NCBI GenBank assembly: GCA_963790305.1
Contig: CAWBOC010000010.1
Coordinates: forward strand, 224,001-288,000
Reading direction: 5' to 3'
DNA: 64,000 bases
Source of the DNA: an uncultured Gemmatimonadaceae bacterium
GTDB taxonomy: Bacteria; Gemmatimonadota; Gemmatimonadetes; Gemmatimonadales; Gemmatimonadaceae
Shown: piece by piece, positions 1-10,772 of the stretch
Numbering within the stretch: position 1 is the stretch's first letter
Layout of the letters: the number at the start of each line of letters is the position of its first letter
Translations under genes and position numbers: made by a program
The notes under the pieces: model-generated
Seen by the model: the letters and a program-made list of their open reading frames with translations, nothing else
Told to the model about the DNA's origin: nothing
Database searches by the model: none

Positions 1-1
1 G

Positions 2-973
2 GAGACGGATCAGCTCAACTTCGCCGTCGACTACGGCTTCCTCAACAACCGCTTCACCGGCACGCTCGAGTACTACATCAAGAACACCGAAGACCTGCTC
101 CTCGAGATCAACGTTCCTCAGCCGGCCAACGTGGCGACACGGCTCGAGAACATTGGAAAGATTCGCAACAGCGGTATCGAGTTCTCGCTCGATGCCTTGG
201 CCCTGGCGACGCAGAATTTCACCTGGCAGGCGGGCCTCGTCTTCGCCGCCGAGCAGAACGAAGTGAAGGAGCTTGGTACTCGCACTTTCATCACGACCGG
301 CGACGTCAGCGGACAGGGACAATCGGGTCAGAAGTCTCAGCGCATCATGCCGGGACAGCCCCTGGGGACGTTCTTCGGACCCGTCTTCCTCGGCGTGAAC
401 GCCGCGGGTAAGCAGCTGTTCAAGTGCGGCACCGCCACCGCGGGCTGCGTGAATGGCCAGACCACCAACCCGAACGCCAACGACTACGAGGTTCTGGGCG
501 ACGCGAACCCCGACTTCAGCCTCGGCCTTCGGAGTCAGATGAACTGGCGCAAGTTCGACGCGAGCTTCCTCATTCGCGGCGAGTTCGGCCAGGAAGTGTT
601 CAACAACGGCGGGCTCGTCTATTCAACGAAGGGCAATGCACTTCAGGACAAGAACTTCCTGAAGGCGGCGCTCAGTGACCCGATTGGCATCGGCGAGCCG
701 GCCATCTACTCGTCGCGCTGGATCGAGGATGGCTCGTTCGTCCGGCTCCAGAACATCACGCTCGGCTACACGCTCGACATTCCGGCCTTCTTCGGCGGAT
801 CGGCGCGGCCGGTGCGCGTCTACGTGTCGGGCGACAATCTGTTCCTGCTGACGGACTACACGGGCTATGATCCGGAAGTGCACACCGACGCGGGGCTGGC
901 CTCGCGAGGGATCGAGTACGTCACGTATCCGCGTGCCCGCACGTTCACGGCCGGCTTCCGCGTTCAGTTCTGA
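2..973 (+). CDS. SusC/RagA-family TonB-dependent receptor, C-terminal part (5' truncated by window)
   Basis: Open frame from position 2 (ETDQLNFAVDYGFLNNRFTGTLEYYIKNTEDLL), motifs SSRWIEDGSFVRLQNITLGY and YTGYDPE, terminal Phe; directly upstream of a SusD-like gene. Confidence 0.93.
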   Translation, partial: ETDQLNFAVDYGFLNNRFTGTLEYYIKNTEDLLLEINVPQPANVATRLENIGKIRNSGIEFSLDALALATQNFTWQAGLVFAAEQNEVKELGTRTFITTGDVSGQGQSGQKSQRIMPGQPLGTFFGPVFLGVNAAGKQLFKCGTATAGCVNGQTTNPNANDYEVLGDANPDFSLGLRSQMNWRKFDASFLIRGEFGQEVFNNGGLVYSTKGNALQDKNFLKAALSDPIGIGEPAIYSSRWIEDGSFVRLQNITLGYTLDIPAFFGGSARPVRVYVSGDNLFLLTDYTGYDPEVHTDAGLASRGIEYVTYPRARTFTAGFRVQF

Positions 974-980
974 GGCACCT

Positions 981-2546
981 ATGAGGAAACTACCTGTGAA
1001 GACCATGCTTCTGCGGGTTTGCGCCCTTGCGCTCGGCGTACCCGTTCTGCTCACTCTGCCGGCGTGCACCGATCTCGAGGAAACACCCCTCAGCGCGATC
1101 ACGCCGGACAACTTCTTCCGGAACGAGGGAGAGGTGCTTTCCGCGCTCGCAGCGGTGTATGCGCAGCTGCGCGCGACGGAATGGGGCTATTACAATCTCA
1201 GCCAGGTGAGCTCGGACGAGCACATCGTCCCGACTCGCGGCCAGGACTGGTATGACAATGGCCGCTGGCTGGAGCTCGACCGTCAGGCCTGGGCGCCTAA
1301 CAGCCCGTCCGGCCTCGATGACGTGAACGCGGGCTGGGTCGACTCCTTCACCGGCGTCGTTCGCGCCAACGCGCTGCTGGCCAACATTGAGGGAGTGACC
1401 CTCCCCAACAAGCCAGCCGTCGATGGCGAAATCCGGTTCCTCCGCGCGTTCTACTACTATCAGCTGATGGATCTGTTCGGTGGCGTGCCGCTGGTCACCG
1501 ACACCGAGCTGAAGACGCGGCCGCGGAACACGCGCCGGGAGATCTTCAACTTCATCGAGAGCGAGCTCCGCGCGATCCGCACGGCGCTGCCCGCGACGAG
1601 ACCGGCCGGTGAGCACGGACGCATTACGAGAGGAGCGGCCGACGCGCTCCTGGCCAACATGTACCTCAACGCCGGCGTGTTCGCCAAGGACGCCGGAGTC
1701 AGCGCGACGGCGTACAACTCGTGCGCGGACGTGCAGATCGGTGGCGTGTCGGCGTGCCAGCTGGCGATCAACTTCGCCGACAGCGTGTTGAACTCAGGCC
1801 GGTATTCGCTGGCGAGCAACTGGCGCTCGAACTTCACCGTCGACAACGATGCGTCGCCCGAGCTCATCTTCGTCGTCAAGCACCTGAATGCCACCGGCGT
1901 GGGATTGAACTTCCTGTATCGCGCGCTCCACTACAACCAGATCAGCCCCACCCCGTGGAACGGATTCGCGACGATCGCCGAGGTCTACAACGCATTCGAT
2001 GCGAACGACCAGCGGCGTGAGATCTTCCTCGTCGGGCCGCAGGTGAATCTGGACAACGGGCAGCCGGCGAAGCACCGCAATGGTGAGCCCCTGGTCTTCA
2101 CGGTCGACATCGGCAGTGAGACGGCGGCCGACGAGGACGAGGGCGCCCGCATCATCAAGTGGCCCCGCGATCCGGCCCACCTCAACGAGGAGCATGGCAA
2201 CGACTTCGCCTACTTCCGCCTCGGCGAGATGTATCTGATCAAGGCGGAAGCGCTGGTTGCGTCGGGACAGGCGGCGCTCGCGCTCCCGTTGCTGAACCTG
2301 CTGCGCGCTCGGGTCTTCGAGCCTGACGAGCCGCTGGTCGGCGTGCCCACGCAGGACATGATTCTCCAGGAGCGTCTCTTCGAGCTCACCGGCGAGGCGA
2401 AGCGGCGCCAGGACCTCATCCGTCATGGCAAGTACACCGCGGCGTGGCGCTTCAAGCCGGCAACCGCTGCACACAAGATTCTGATGCCGATTCCGCAATC
2501 GCAGATCGACGCCAACCCACAGCTCACGCAGAATCCAGGGTACTGA
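981..2546 (+). CDS. SusD/RagB-family nutrient-binding lipoprotein
   Basis: ATG 981 after GAGG; lipobox LPAC; GEIRFLRAFYYYQLMDLFGGVPL, FRLGEMYLIKAEA, ERLFELTGEAKRRQDLIR, NPQLTQNPGY. Confidence 0.93.
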   Translation: MRKLPVKTMLLRVCALALGVPVLLTLPACTDLEETPLSAITPDNFFRNEGEVLSALAAVYAQLRATEWGYYNLSQVSSDEHIVPTRGQDWYDNGRWLELDRQAWAPNSPSGLDDVNAGWVDSFTGVVRANALLANIEGVTLPNKPAVDGEIRFLRAFYYYQLMDLFGGVPLVTDTELKTRPRNTRREIFNFIESELRAIRTALPATRPAGEHGRITRGAADALLANMYLNAGVFAKDAGVSATAYNSCADVQIGGVSACQLAINFADSVLNSGRYSLASNWRSNFTVDNDASPELIFVVKHLNATGVGLNFLYRALHYNQISPTPWNGFATIAEVYNAFDANDQRREIFLVGPQVNLDNGQPAKHRNGEPLVFTVDIGSETAADEDEGARIIKWPRDPAHLNEEHGNDFAYFRLGEMYLIKAEALVASGQAALALPLLNLLRARVFEPDEPLVGVPTQDMILQERLFELTGEAKRRQDLIRHGKYTAAWRFKPATAAHKILMPIPQSQIDANPQLTQNPGY

Positions 2547-2571
2547 TCGCGATGCGGTAGTCGCTGTAGCC

Positions 2572-2635
2572 AGTGAGAAGTGAGGAGTGAGGAGTGAGGA
2601 ATCCGCTTTCCCTCCTCACTCCTCATTCCTTTTTT
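2572..2635 (+). terminator. Heptamer-armed hairpin (AGTGAGG x4 / CCTCACT-like x2-3) followed by a T run; probable intrinsic terminator
   Basis: agtgagaagtgaggagtgaggagtgagga...cctcctcactcctcattcc then tttttt, just after the SusD stop. Confidence 0.55.
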
Positions 2636-2657
2636 GTCACGAGCCCCATAAGGCTGC

Positions 2658-2854
2658 CATCCAGGTTCAAAGTGGGGACGCGGATTACGCGGATGCAGCG
2701 GATCAGGCGGATCGTTCGTGGCGCATTGATCCCTCCTCTACCGCAACAAAAAAAGCCAAATCCTTGGCTGCGCGAGGAGAGCTTTTAGCGCCAGGAATAA
2801 TCCGCCCGATCCGTTGAATCCGCGTGATCCGCGTCCCAACTTTGAACCTGGATG
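2658..2854. repeat. MITE-like palindromic element, family A copy 1
   Basis: About 55 bp imperfect terminal inverted repeats catccaggttcaaagt(g/t)gggacgcggat...atccgcgtcccaactttgaacctggatg; related copies at 6335 and 46955. Confidence 0.85.
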
Positions 2855-2899
2855 CCGGCCCCGCAGCGCCGAAACTCGATGATCTCGACGACACCAACG

Positions 2900-5800
2900 A
2901 TGAATTCCGTAGACTCCTTCCACGTGGCGACACGAGGGCACGTCTTGCTCCCGGCCCTCGTTCTGGTGCTGGCGTGCACGGGCATCGATGGAGCAGACAA
3001 GAATGAGTCGTCACCGCCCGCGGACGGGCACCTCTTCACGAAGCTTCCCTCGAGCTATACCGGCGTCCGCTTCGTGAACCGGCTGGAGGAAACCCGCGAG
3101 CTGAACGTCTTCACCTACCGCAACTACTACAACGGTGGTGGCGTCGCCATTGGTGACCTGACGGGTGACGGGCTGCCGGAGCTCATGCTCACATCCAATC
3201 TCGGTGGGAACACGCTCTACCTGAACGAGGGCAAGTTCCGCTTCCGCGATGTGACGGAGCGCGCGGGGGTGGGTGGGAAGGGCTACTGGGGAACCGGCGT
3301 CACCTTCGCCGACGTGAACGGCGACGGGCTGCTCGACATCTACGTGTGCTACGCCGGGAACGTCGCCGGCGAGCGTCGCACGAACGAGCTGTACATCAAC
3401 AACGGCGTGAGCTCGAACGGCGTGCCGACGTTCGCCGAGAAGGCGGCCGAGTATGGGCTCGCTGACGAGGCCTACTCGACGCACGCGGCGTTCTTCGACT
3501 ACGATCGCGACGGCCGGCTGGACATGTTCCTCGTGAACAACTCGTTCCGCCCGGTCTCGAGCTTCGGCCTCCGCAACATTCGCCACGTTCGCAACGCACT
3601 CGGCGGACACAAGCTCTTTCACAACGAGGGCACGCGCTTCGTCGACGTCAGCGAGAAGGCGGGCATCTTCGGCAGCGAGATCGGGTTCGGGCTTGGCGTC
3701 GCCGTGGGCGACGTGAATCGAGATGGTTGCCGGACATCTACGTCTCCAACGATTTCTTCGAGCGGGATTACCTCTACATCAACAAGGGCGACGGGACGTT
3801 CGCCGAGCGGCTCGACGAGCAGATGCCGTCGATCAGCATGTTCTCGATGGGGCTGGACCTGGCGGACATCAACAACGATGGCCTGCTCGACATCTACGTC
3901 ACGGACATGCTGCCGGAGGACAACTACCGGCTCAAGATGACGACGCAGTTCGAGGGCTGGGATGTCTATCAGACCAAGCTCGAGAACGACTACCACCACC
4001 AGTTCATGCGCAACATGCTCCACCTGAACAACGGGAACGGGACGTTCAGCGACATCGGCCAGATGGCCGGGCGTGGCGCGAACGGACTGGAGCTGGAGCG
4101 CGCTCATCGCCGATTACGATCTCGATGGGTACAAGGACATCCACGTCACGAACGGCATCGCGCGCGACCTGACGTCGCAGGACTACATCTGCCTTCCTGG
4201 CGAACGACGAGACCATGCGCTCGGCGATGCAGGGCGGGAAGCGCGTCGATTTCGTGCGGCTCGTCAACGCAATGAGTGAGACGCCACTTCCCGACTATGC
4301 GTTCAAGAACAACGGCGACCTGACGTTCTCGAAGAAGAGTGCGGAGTGGGGGGTAGATCAGCCGAACTTCTCGAATGGGGCGGCGTACGGCGACCTCGAC
4401 GGGGACGGCGCGCTCGATCTGGTGGTCAACAACGTCAACCAGGAAGCCTTCATCTATCGGAACAACGCCCTGGCGCAGACCGAGCAATCATTTCCTGCAG
4501 GTGAAGCTCGACGGTGAGGGCCAGAATCGGTTCGCCGTGGGCGCGAAAGTCACGGTACGCAGCGGGGACTCACTTTTCTTTCAGGAGCTCGAGCCCTCGC
4601 GCGGCTTTCAGTCGAGCGTCGACTACGTGCTGACGTTCGGCGTCGGTACGCGAGATACGCTCGATGCGGTGATTGTCGAGTGGCCCGACCGGCGCGTGAG
4701 CCGCGTGGAGAAGGTGGCCGCCAACCAGCGCATCACCGTTAGGCAGGCCGGGTCGATCCAGGAGCCGGTGCTCGAGATGCCGGTGCCCCCATCGCCTGTG
4801 CTCACCGACGTCACACGCGAGACGGGGCTCACTTTCGTCCATCGCGAAAACGAGTTCATCGACTTCGATCGTGAGCGGCTGCTGCCGAAGATGGTCTCAA
4901 TGGAGGGACCGTTCATGGCGGTCGCCGACGTGAACGGCGATGGTCTCGACGACGCGTACATCGGCGGCGCGAAGGACCAGGCGGGCCAGCTGCTGATTCA
5001 ACGCGCGAACGGCGGCTTCGTCAGCACCAACGAGCAGCTCTTCGCGCAGGATCGCATCTCCGAGGACGTGGGTGCGGTGTTCTTCGACGCAAACGGCGAT
5101 GGGCACCGCGACCTGTACGTGGTGAGCGGCGGAAGCGAGTTCTCCGACATGGCGCCGGCACTTCAGGATCGGCTCTATCTGAATGACGGACGCGGCACGT
5201 TCCGCAAGACGAGCGGGCAGATCCCGCACGACGGAACGAGCGGCTCGCGCGTGGTCGCGGCCGATTACGATCGCGATGGCGACGTCGACCTGTTCGTGGG
5301 CGGCCGCGTCGTCGCCGGGCCGGTATGGCTTCGATCCGCTGAGCACGCTGCTGCAAAACGACGGTCGCGGCCGATTCACCGATGTCACGGAGAAGCTGGC
5401 GCCGGCGCTCGCGCGTATTGGGATGGTGACCGATGCGGTGTGGACCGACCTTACTGGCGACGGGCGGCTCGATCTGGTGGTCGTCGGCGAGTGGATGCCG
5501 ATCACCGTGATGCGGAATGCGGACGGCGGAAAGCTCGAGAAGATGGAGGTGCGCGGGCTCGAGAAGAGCGAAGGGTGGTGGAACCGCATCGTGGCTGGCG
5601 ACTTCAACCGCGACGGCCGCACCGATTTCATCATCGGCAATCTCGGGCTCAACACGCGGTTGCGTGCGAGCGATACCGAGCCGGTGACGATGTACGTAAA
5701 GGATTTCGACAAGAACGGGTTCAGCGAGCAGATCGTGTCGTGCTACATGGAAGGCACGAGCTACCCGATCGTGCTTCGCGACGATCTCATCAAGACGCTC

Positions 5801-6435
5801 CCGTACCTCAAGTCGCGCTATCTGGCCTACAAGGATTATGCGCGCCAGACGGTGACAGACATTTTCTCACCCGAGGATCTGTCGGGCGCGGTGTTGAAGC
5901 AGGCGCGCACCTTCGCGACGGTGATGGCGAGGAATGACGGCAACGGAGCCTTCACGCTCGTTCCTCTGCCGATCGAGGCGCAGACGACTGCCGATCTACG
6001 GCATTCTCGCCGCGGACTACGATCGCGACGGCGCGCTCGATGTGCTGCTCGCCGGCAACTTCGACGGCGTGAAGCCGGAGATCGGCCGGATGGACGCGGG
6101 ATACGGCGTCTTCCTTCGTGGCGACGGGAAGGGAGGGTTCACCGCCCCGCCGTGCGGTCGAGAGCGGCTTCTTCGTTCCTGGCCAGGCGCGCGACATTCA
6201 GCGTCTACGCACTCGCCAAGGGGAGTTGTACGTGGTCACTCGAAACAACGACCGGCCACTGGTATTTCGCGTTACGGCGAGCTGGTGGTCTGCACGCAGG
6301 CAAATAGAAATCGGTGTGGCGAGGCCCAATAAGACATCGGGGTCGAAGCGGGGACGCGGACTGCGGCAGGGATACTGCGGATTCACCGCGAATTGCTCTA
6401 CGGGCGAAGGTGACTTCCTGCGCGAGGCGAGTTAG
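2900..6435 (+). CDS. FG-GAP/VCBS-repeat, ASPIC/UnbV (CRTAC1-like) lipoprotein; split by about 7 frameshifts, 3' end uncertain
   Basis: Signal LLPALVLVLAC; NYYNGGGVAIGD; many DxNxDGxxD repeats; ASPIC motif RFAVGAKVTV...PSRGFQSS; homology continues across ORFs 2852, 3727, 4073, 4215, 4375, 5183, 5934, 6118. Confidence 0.85.
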
Positions 6436-6499
6436 GAGCGATCCGGTCGTATTCCGCTGTAATCCGTGTAATCCGCAGTCCCAACTTTGACCCTGGATG
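6335..6499. repeat. MITE-like palindromic element, family A copy 2 (degenerate)
   Basis: catcggggtcgaagcggggacgcgga...atccgcagtcccaactttgaccctggatg resembles the arms at 2658-2854. Confidence 0.7.
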
Positions 6500-6533
6500 C
6501 GAGCATTAAAGCGTTTCACTGTGTGAGGCACGA

Positions 6534-7935
6534 ATGAACGTACTACGAACACGACGATCGCACTCGTCACGACGTGCGCACTCCAGACCGCGTGCACGAG
6601 CGCGAACGGCGATTATCGCGCACAGCCGCCCGACGCGGAGCTGCTGCACACGGCCGTGCAGCAAATGACGAGCGTCATCGTCTACGACATCTTCAGCCCG
6701 CCGCAGGCCAGTCGCGCGTACGCGTACGCGAGCGTCGCCGCCTACGAGGCGCTGCGTCATGACGACTCGACGTACCAGTCGCTCGCGGGGCAGCTCACCG
6801 GACTGACGGCGGTCCCGATGCCGAAGCCCGACTCCGAGTACTACTTCCCGCTGGCGGGCGTGCACGCGTTCATGACGGTCGGCAAGGCGCTCACCTTCTC
6901 GCAGAAGCGCATGGATTCGCTGCGTACGGCGATGCACGAGCGCATCCGCGCGTATGGGCGTGCCCGCGGCCGTCTTCCAACGCTCAGTCGCCTATGGTGA
7001 AGAGGTCGCGCAGCACATCCTCGGCTGGTCGAAGAAGGACAACTTCCTCCAGATGCGCGGCATGCCGAAGTACACGGTGACGTCGAGACCAGGGCCGGTG
7101 GAGGCCGACGCCGCCGGCGTACATGGACGCCGTCGAGCCGAACTGGGCCAGGCTGCGCCCGTTCGTCATGGACTCAGCCGCTCAATTCCGGCCGAAGCCG
7201 CCGCATCCGTTCGACATGAAAGATGGGAGCGCCTTCCGTCAGCAGGTGCAGGAGGTCTACGAGGCGGGGAAGAACCTCAGCGACGAACAGCGCGCGATCG
7301 CCGCATTCTGGGACTGCAATCCGTACGTGATGAACGTTCGTGGTCACGCGATGTATCGCGACGAAGAAGATCACGCCGGGAGGCCACTGGATGGGGATCG
7401 TGGCGACGGCGGCGCACAAGGCGCACGCGTCGCTCCTCCAGTCGTCCGAAGCCTACGCGCTGACCGCTATGGCACTGGCCGACGGATTCATCAGCTCGTG
7501 GGAGGAGAAATTCCGCAGCAACGTCGTGCGACCCGAGACGATGATCAACGCGTCACATCGACGAAGCGTGGCAGCCGCTCCTGCAGACGCCGCCGTTCCC
7601 CGAATACACGAGCGGCCACAGCGTCATCTCGACAGCGGCGGCGACGGTGCTGACCAGTGTGTTCGGTGACAACTTCGCGTTCGCGGACAGCACGGAGATG
7701 AGCTACGGGCTACCGGTGCGGTCCTTCACGTCGTTCAATCAGGCCGCCGCCGAGGCGGCGATCAGCCGCCTCTACGGGGGCATCCACTACCGGATGGCGA
7801 TCGAGGCAGGGTGCCACGCAGGGACGCGGTGTGGGCCAGCTCGTGGTGCAGCGGATCAAGACGCGCGCGTCGACCACGGTGGCGGCGAAAGCGGCCGCCG
7901 AGGAATCGGGGCGCGCGGAAACGCGCGCCCGTTAG
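6534..7935 (+). CDS. Vanadium-dependent haloperoxidase / PAP2-superfamily protein; about 6 frameshifts
   Basis: Stitched frames give DIFSPPQASRAYAY, IAAFWDCNP, KKITPGGHW, EKFRSNVVRPET, TPPFPEYTSGHSVIS and SRLYGGIHY (PAP2/VHPO motifs); TAG at 7933-7935. Confidence 0.82.
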
Positions 7936-7950
7936 GGCTTTCCGTCGAGA

Positions 7951-8409
7951 TCAGCCCGGACTCTTTCTCCGCTGCGCGCGCTTGGTCTTGATGACGATGA
8001 CGCCGTTGGCGCCGCGCATGCCGTACATGGCGGTATCCGCGGGGTCCTTGAGGACCTCGATCGATTCGATGTCATACGGGTCGATGCCCGTCAGGCTCCC
8101 GCCGGCTCCCGGCTGAATCGCGACGCCATCGAGAACGTAGAGGGGCTCGGTGTTGGCGTAGAGCGAGGAGGCGCCTCGAATGCGGACGCTGATGCCGCCG
8201 TCTGTACGCGTGACGGTCACGCCGGCGACGCGCCCCTTGAGGATCTCCTCGATGGACTGTCCCGGAGCCTGTTCGATGTCTTTCGAGGTCAGCTCCGAGC
8301 TCGATGGTGGCGGACTGGCTTCGGACGAGCGAGGGGCCGATTTGCAGCCGGCGACGAGAGCGCCCGCGAATGCAAGCGGCAGCATGAGACGCGAGGACAG
8401 CGAGGTCAT
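7951..8409 (-). CDS. Stand-alone TonB-dependent receptor plug-domain lipoprotein (152 aa)
   Basis: ATG 8409; lipobox VAGC; VRIRGASS, PLYVLDG, DIESIEVLKD...YGMRGANGVIVIKTKR, then stop with no barrel. Confidence 0.85.
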   Translation of the reverse strand: MTSLSSRLMLPLAFAGALVAGCKSAPRSSEASPPPSSSELTSKDIEQAPGQSIEEILKGRVAGVTVTRTDGGISVRIRGASSLYANTEPLYVLDGVAIQPGAGGSLTGIDPYDIESIEVLKDPADTAMYGMRGANGVIVIKTKRAQRRKSPG

Positions 8410-8607
8410 TGGAACCTCGGGCGAGGGAATGCTGGGATGCTGGAGGATGAGCACCTTGAATATCGGGGTCGGGCGGTGCGTCGGGCAAGTGCACGCTGGC
8501 GTGGTCGGGGCTCCCAAAATCGGGACCCCGATTGCCTTCGGCCCCGTAAGGCACGATCCATTAGGAACATGGCGGATTCTGTTTCTCCCCTCGACACGCT
8601 CACCGAG

Positions 8608-10666
8608 ATGCTCATGAGGATGCGACCGACTCGAACCCTTACATTCGCCGTAGCTTTTGGGACGTTCACCGCGGCCGGGGCGCCCGCTCAGAACCAGGTC
8701 CGCGTCGAGTCGCCCGATCGCCGGAACGTGGTGACGGTCGAGGTGCGCGATGGAGGCCTGTACTACAGCATCCAGCGCGACAATCGCGCGATCTTTCTCC
8801 CGTCGCGCCTGGGCTTCGAATTTCAGGGTGCGGCGCCGTTGCGTGATGGGCTTCGCATCACAGGCTCGACCGCTCGGACGGTCGATACCGTGTGGACGCA
8901 GCCGTGGGGAGAAGTCGCGCGGGTGCGGGACAACCATAACGAGCGCCGGATCTCAGTGAGCGAGGCCGCTGCGGGCGGGCGCCAGCTCGTCGTCGTGTTC
9001 CGTGTCTTCAACGATGGCGTGGGCTTCCGTTACGAGTTCCCGGAGCAGTCGGGGCTCGGAGAGTTCGCGATCACTGCAGGAGCTCACCGAGTTCGCGCTC
9101 GCCGACGACGCCCGCGCCTGGTGGATTCCCTCCAACCGCGCTCGACTCGACCGGTCGGAGATGCTCTATTCCTCGTCCCCGGTGAGCGTGCTCGACAGCG
9201 TGCAGACCCCGTTGACGATGGAGACGCGCGACCGCCGGACCTTCATCGTGATCCACGAAGCCAACCTCGTCGACTATGCGCGAATGTTCCTCGCGGGTCG
9301 CGGGATGGAGGTTCGAACGCTCCGCGCGACGCTGGCACCGTGGGCGGACGGAATCAAGGTTCGCGGTAGAACCCCCTTCGTCACACCGTGGCGCACGATT
9401 CAGCTCGCGGATCGCGCGACCGATCTCGCCCCGTCGGTGCTGGGCCTCAATCTCAACCCGCCGAGTGCGATCGCGAACACGGACTGGATCAAGCCGATGA
9501 AGTACGTCGGCATTTGGTGGGGGATGCACATCAATACGATGACGTGGAGCTCCGGCCCGAAGCACGGCGCGACGACGGAGAACACGAAGCGCTACATCGA
9601 CTTCGCCGCGGCGAACGGCCTGGGTGGCGTGCTCGTGGAAGGGTGGAACGTGGGCTGGGATGGCGACTGGATCGCCAACCGCAACGCGTTCTCGTTCACG
9701 CAGCCCTACCCGGACTACGACCTGCCAGGGCTCGCGGCCTACGCGAAGCAGAAGGGCGTGAAGCTGATCGCGCACAACGAGACATCGGGTGGCATCGAGA
9801 ACTACGAGCGGCAAATGGACAGCGCCTTCGCGCTCTATCGCTCACTGGGTATCGATGCGATCAAGTCGGGCTACGTCACGGACACCGTCGGCGGGGGACA
9901 CTCACACTATTCGCAGTTTGCCGTGCGTCATCACCGCAAGGTGATCGAGACGGCCGCGAAGTACGGGATCATGCTGGACGTGCACGAGCCAATCCACGAC
10001 ACCGGCGAGCGTCGCACCTGGCCGAACATGATGACGCGCGAGGGTGCGCGTGGGCAGGAGTACAACGCGTGGGGCGGCGAGGGCGGCAATCCGCCGGAGC
10101 ACGAGACGATTCTGTTCTTCACGCGCCTGCTCGCCGGCCCGATGGATTTCACCCCGGGCGTGTTCGACATCCTCTTCGAGCGCAGCACGGGTCGCGCGCG
10201 GCGCCCGGAGGAGTCGCGCGTTCGCACCACGCTCGCCAAGCAGCTCGCGCTGTACCTGGTGCTCTACTCGCCGCTCCACATGGCGGCGGACTTACCCGAG
10301 AACTACGCGAACCAGCCGGCATTCCAGTTCATTCGTGACGTGGCCGTGGACTGGGACACGACGCGCGTGATCGATGGAAGCATCGGCGACTACGTGGTGG
10401 TGGCGCGCAAGGCACGCAACAGCCCGGAGTGGTTCGTGGGCGCGATCACCGATGAGGAGGCCCGCACCTTCACGGTGCCGCTGTCGTTCCTGCCTCGCGG
10501 CCGTAGCTATGTGGCCGAGATCTATGCCGATGGGCCGAATGCGCATTGGCTGACGAACCCGCTGCCAGTGGCGATCTCTCGGCGTCCGGTGACGTCGGCG
10601 TCAACGCTGCGACTGGTGCTGGCGCCCGGTGGCGGGCAGGCGATTCGAATCCGTCCGGCGCGATAA
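8608..10666 (+). CDS. Glycoside hydrolase family 97 (SusB-like alpha-glucosidase); one frameshift near 9078
   Basis: Signal peptide; WIKPMKYVGIWW, YIDFAAANG, VLVEGWNVGW, REGARGQEYNAW, GPMDFTPG. Confidence 0.92.
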
Positions 10667-10667
10667 T

Positions 10668-10772
10668 GAGGGTGCTCAGGGTGCTCAGGGTGCTCGAGGT
10701 GCTCAGGGAGCGCGTGATGAAATCGCGTCGCGCGCTGCGCACGCTGACTACCCTGAGCACCCTGAGCACCCT
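10668..10772. repeat. Palindrome with tandem 9-mer arms (GGGTGCTCA x4 / TGAGCACCC x2-3) spanning the next start codon
   Basis: gagggtgctcagggtgctcagggtgctcgaggtgctcaggg...accctgagcaccctgagcaccct. Confidence 0.85.
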
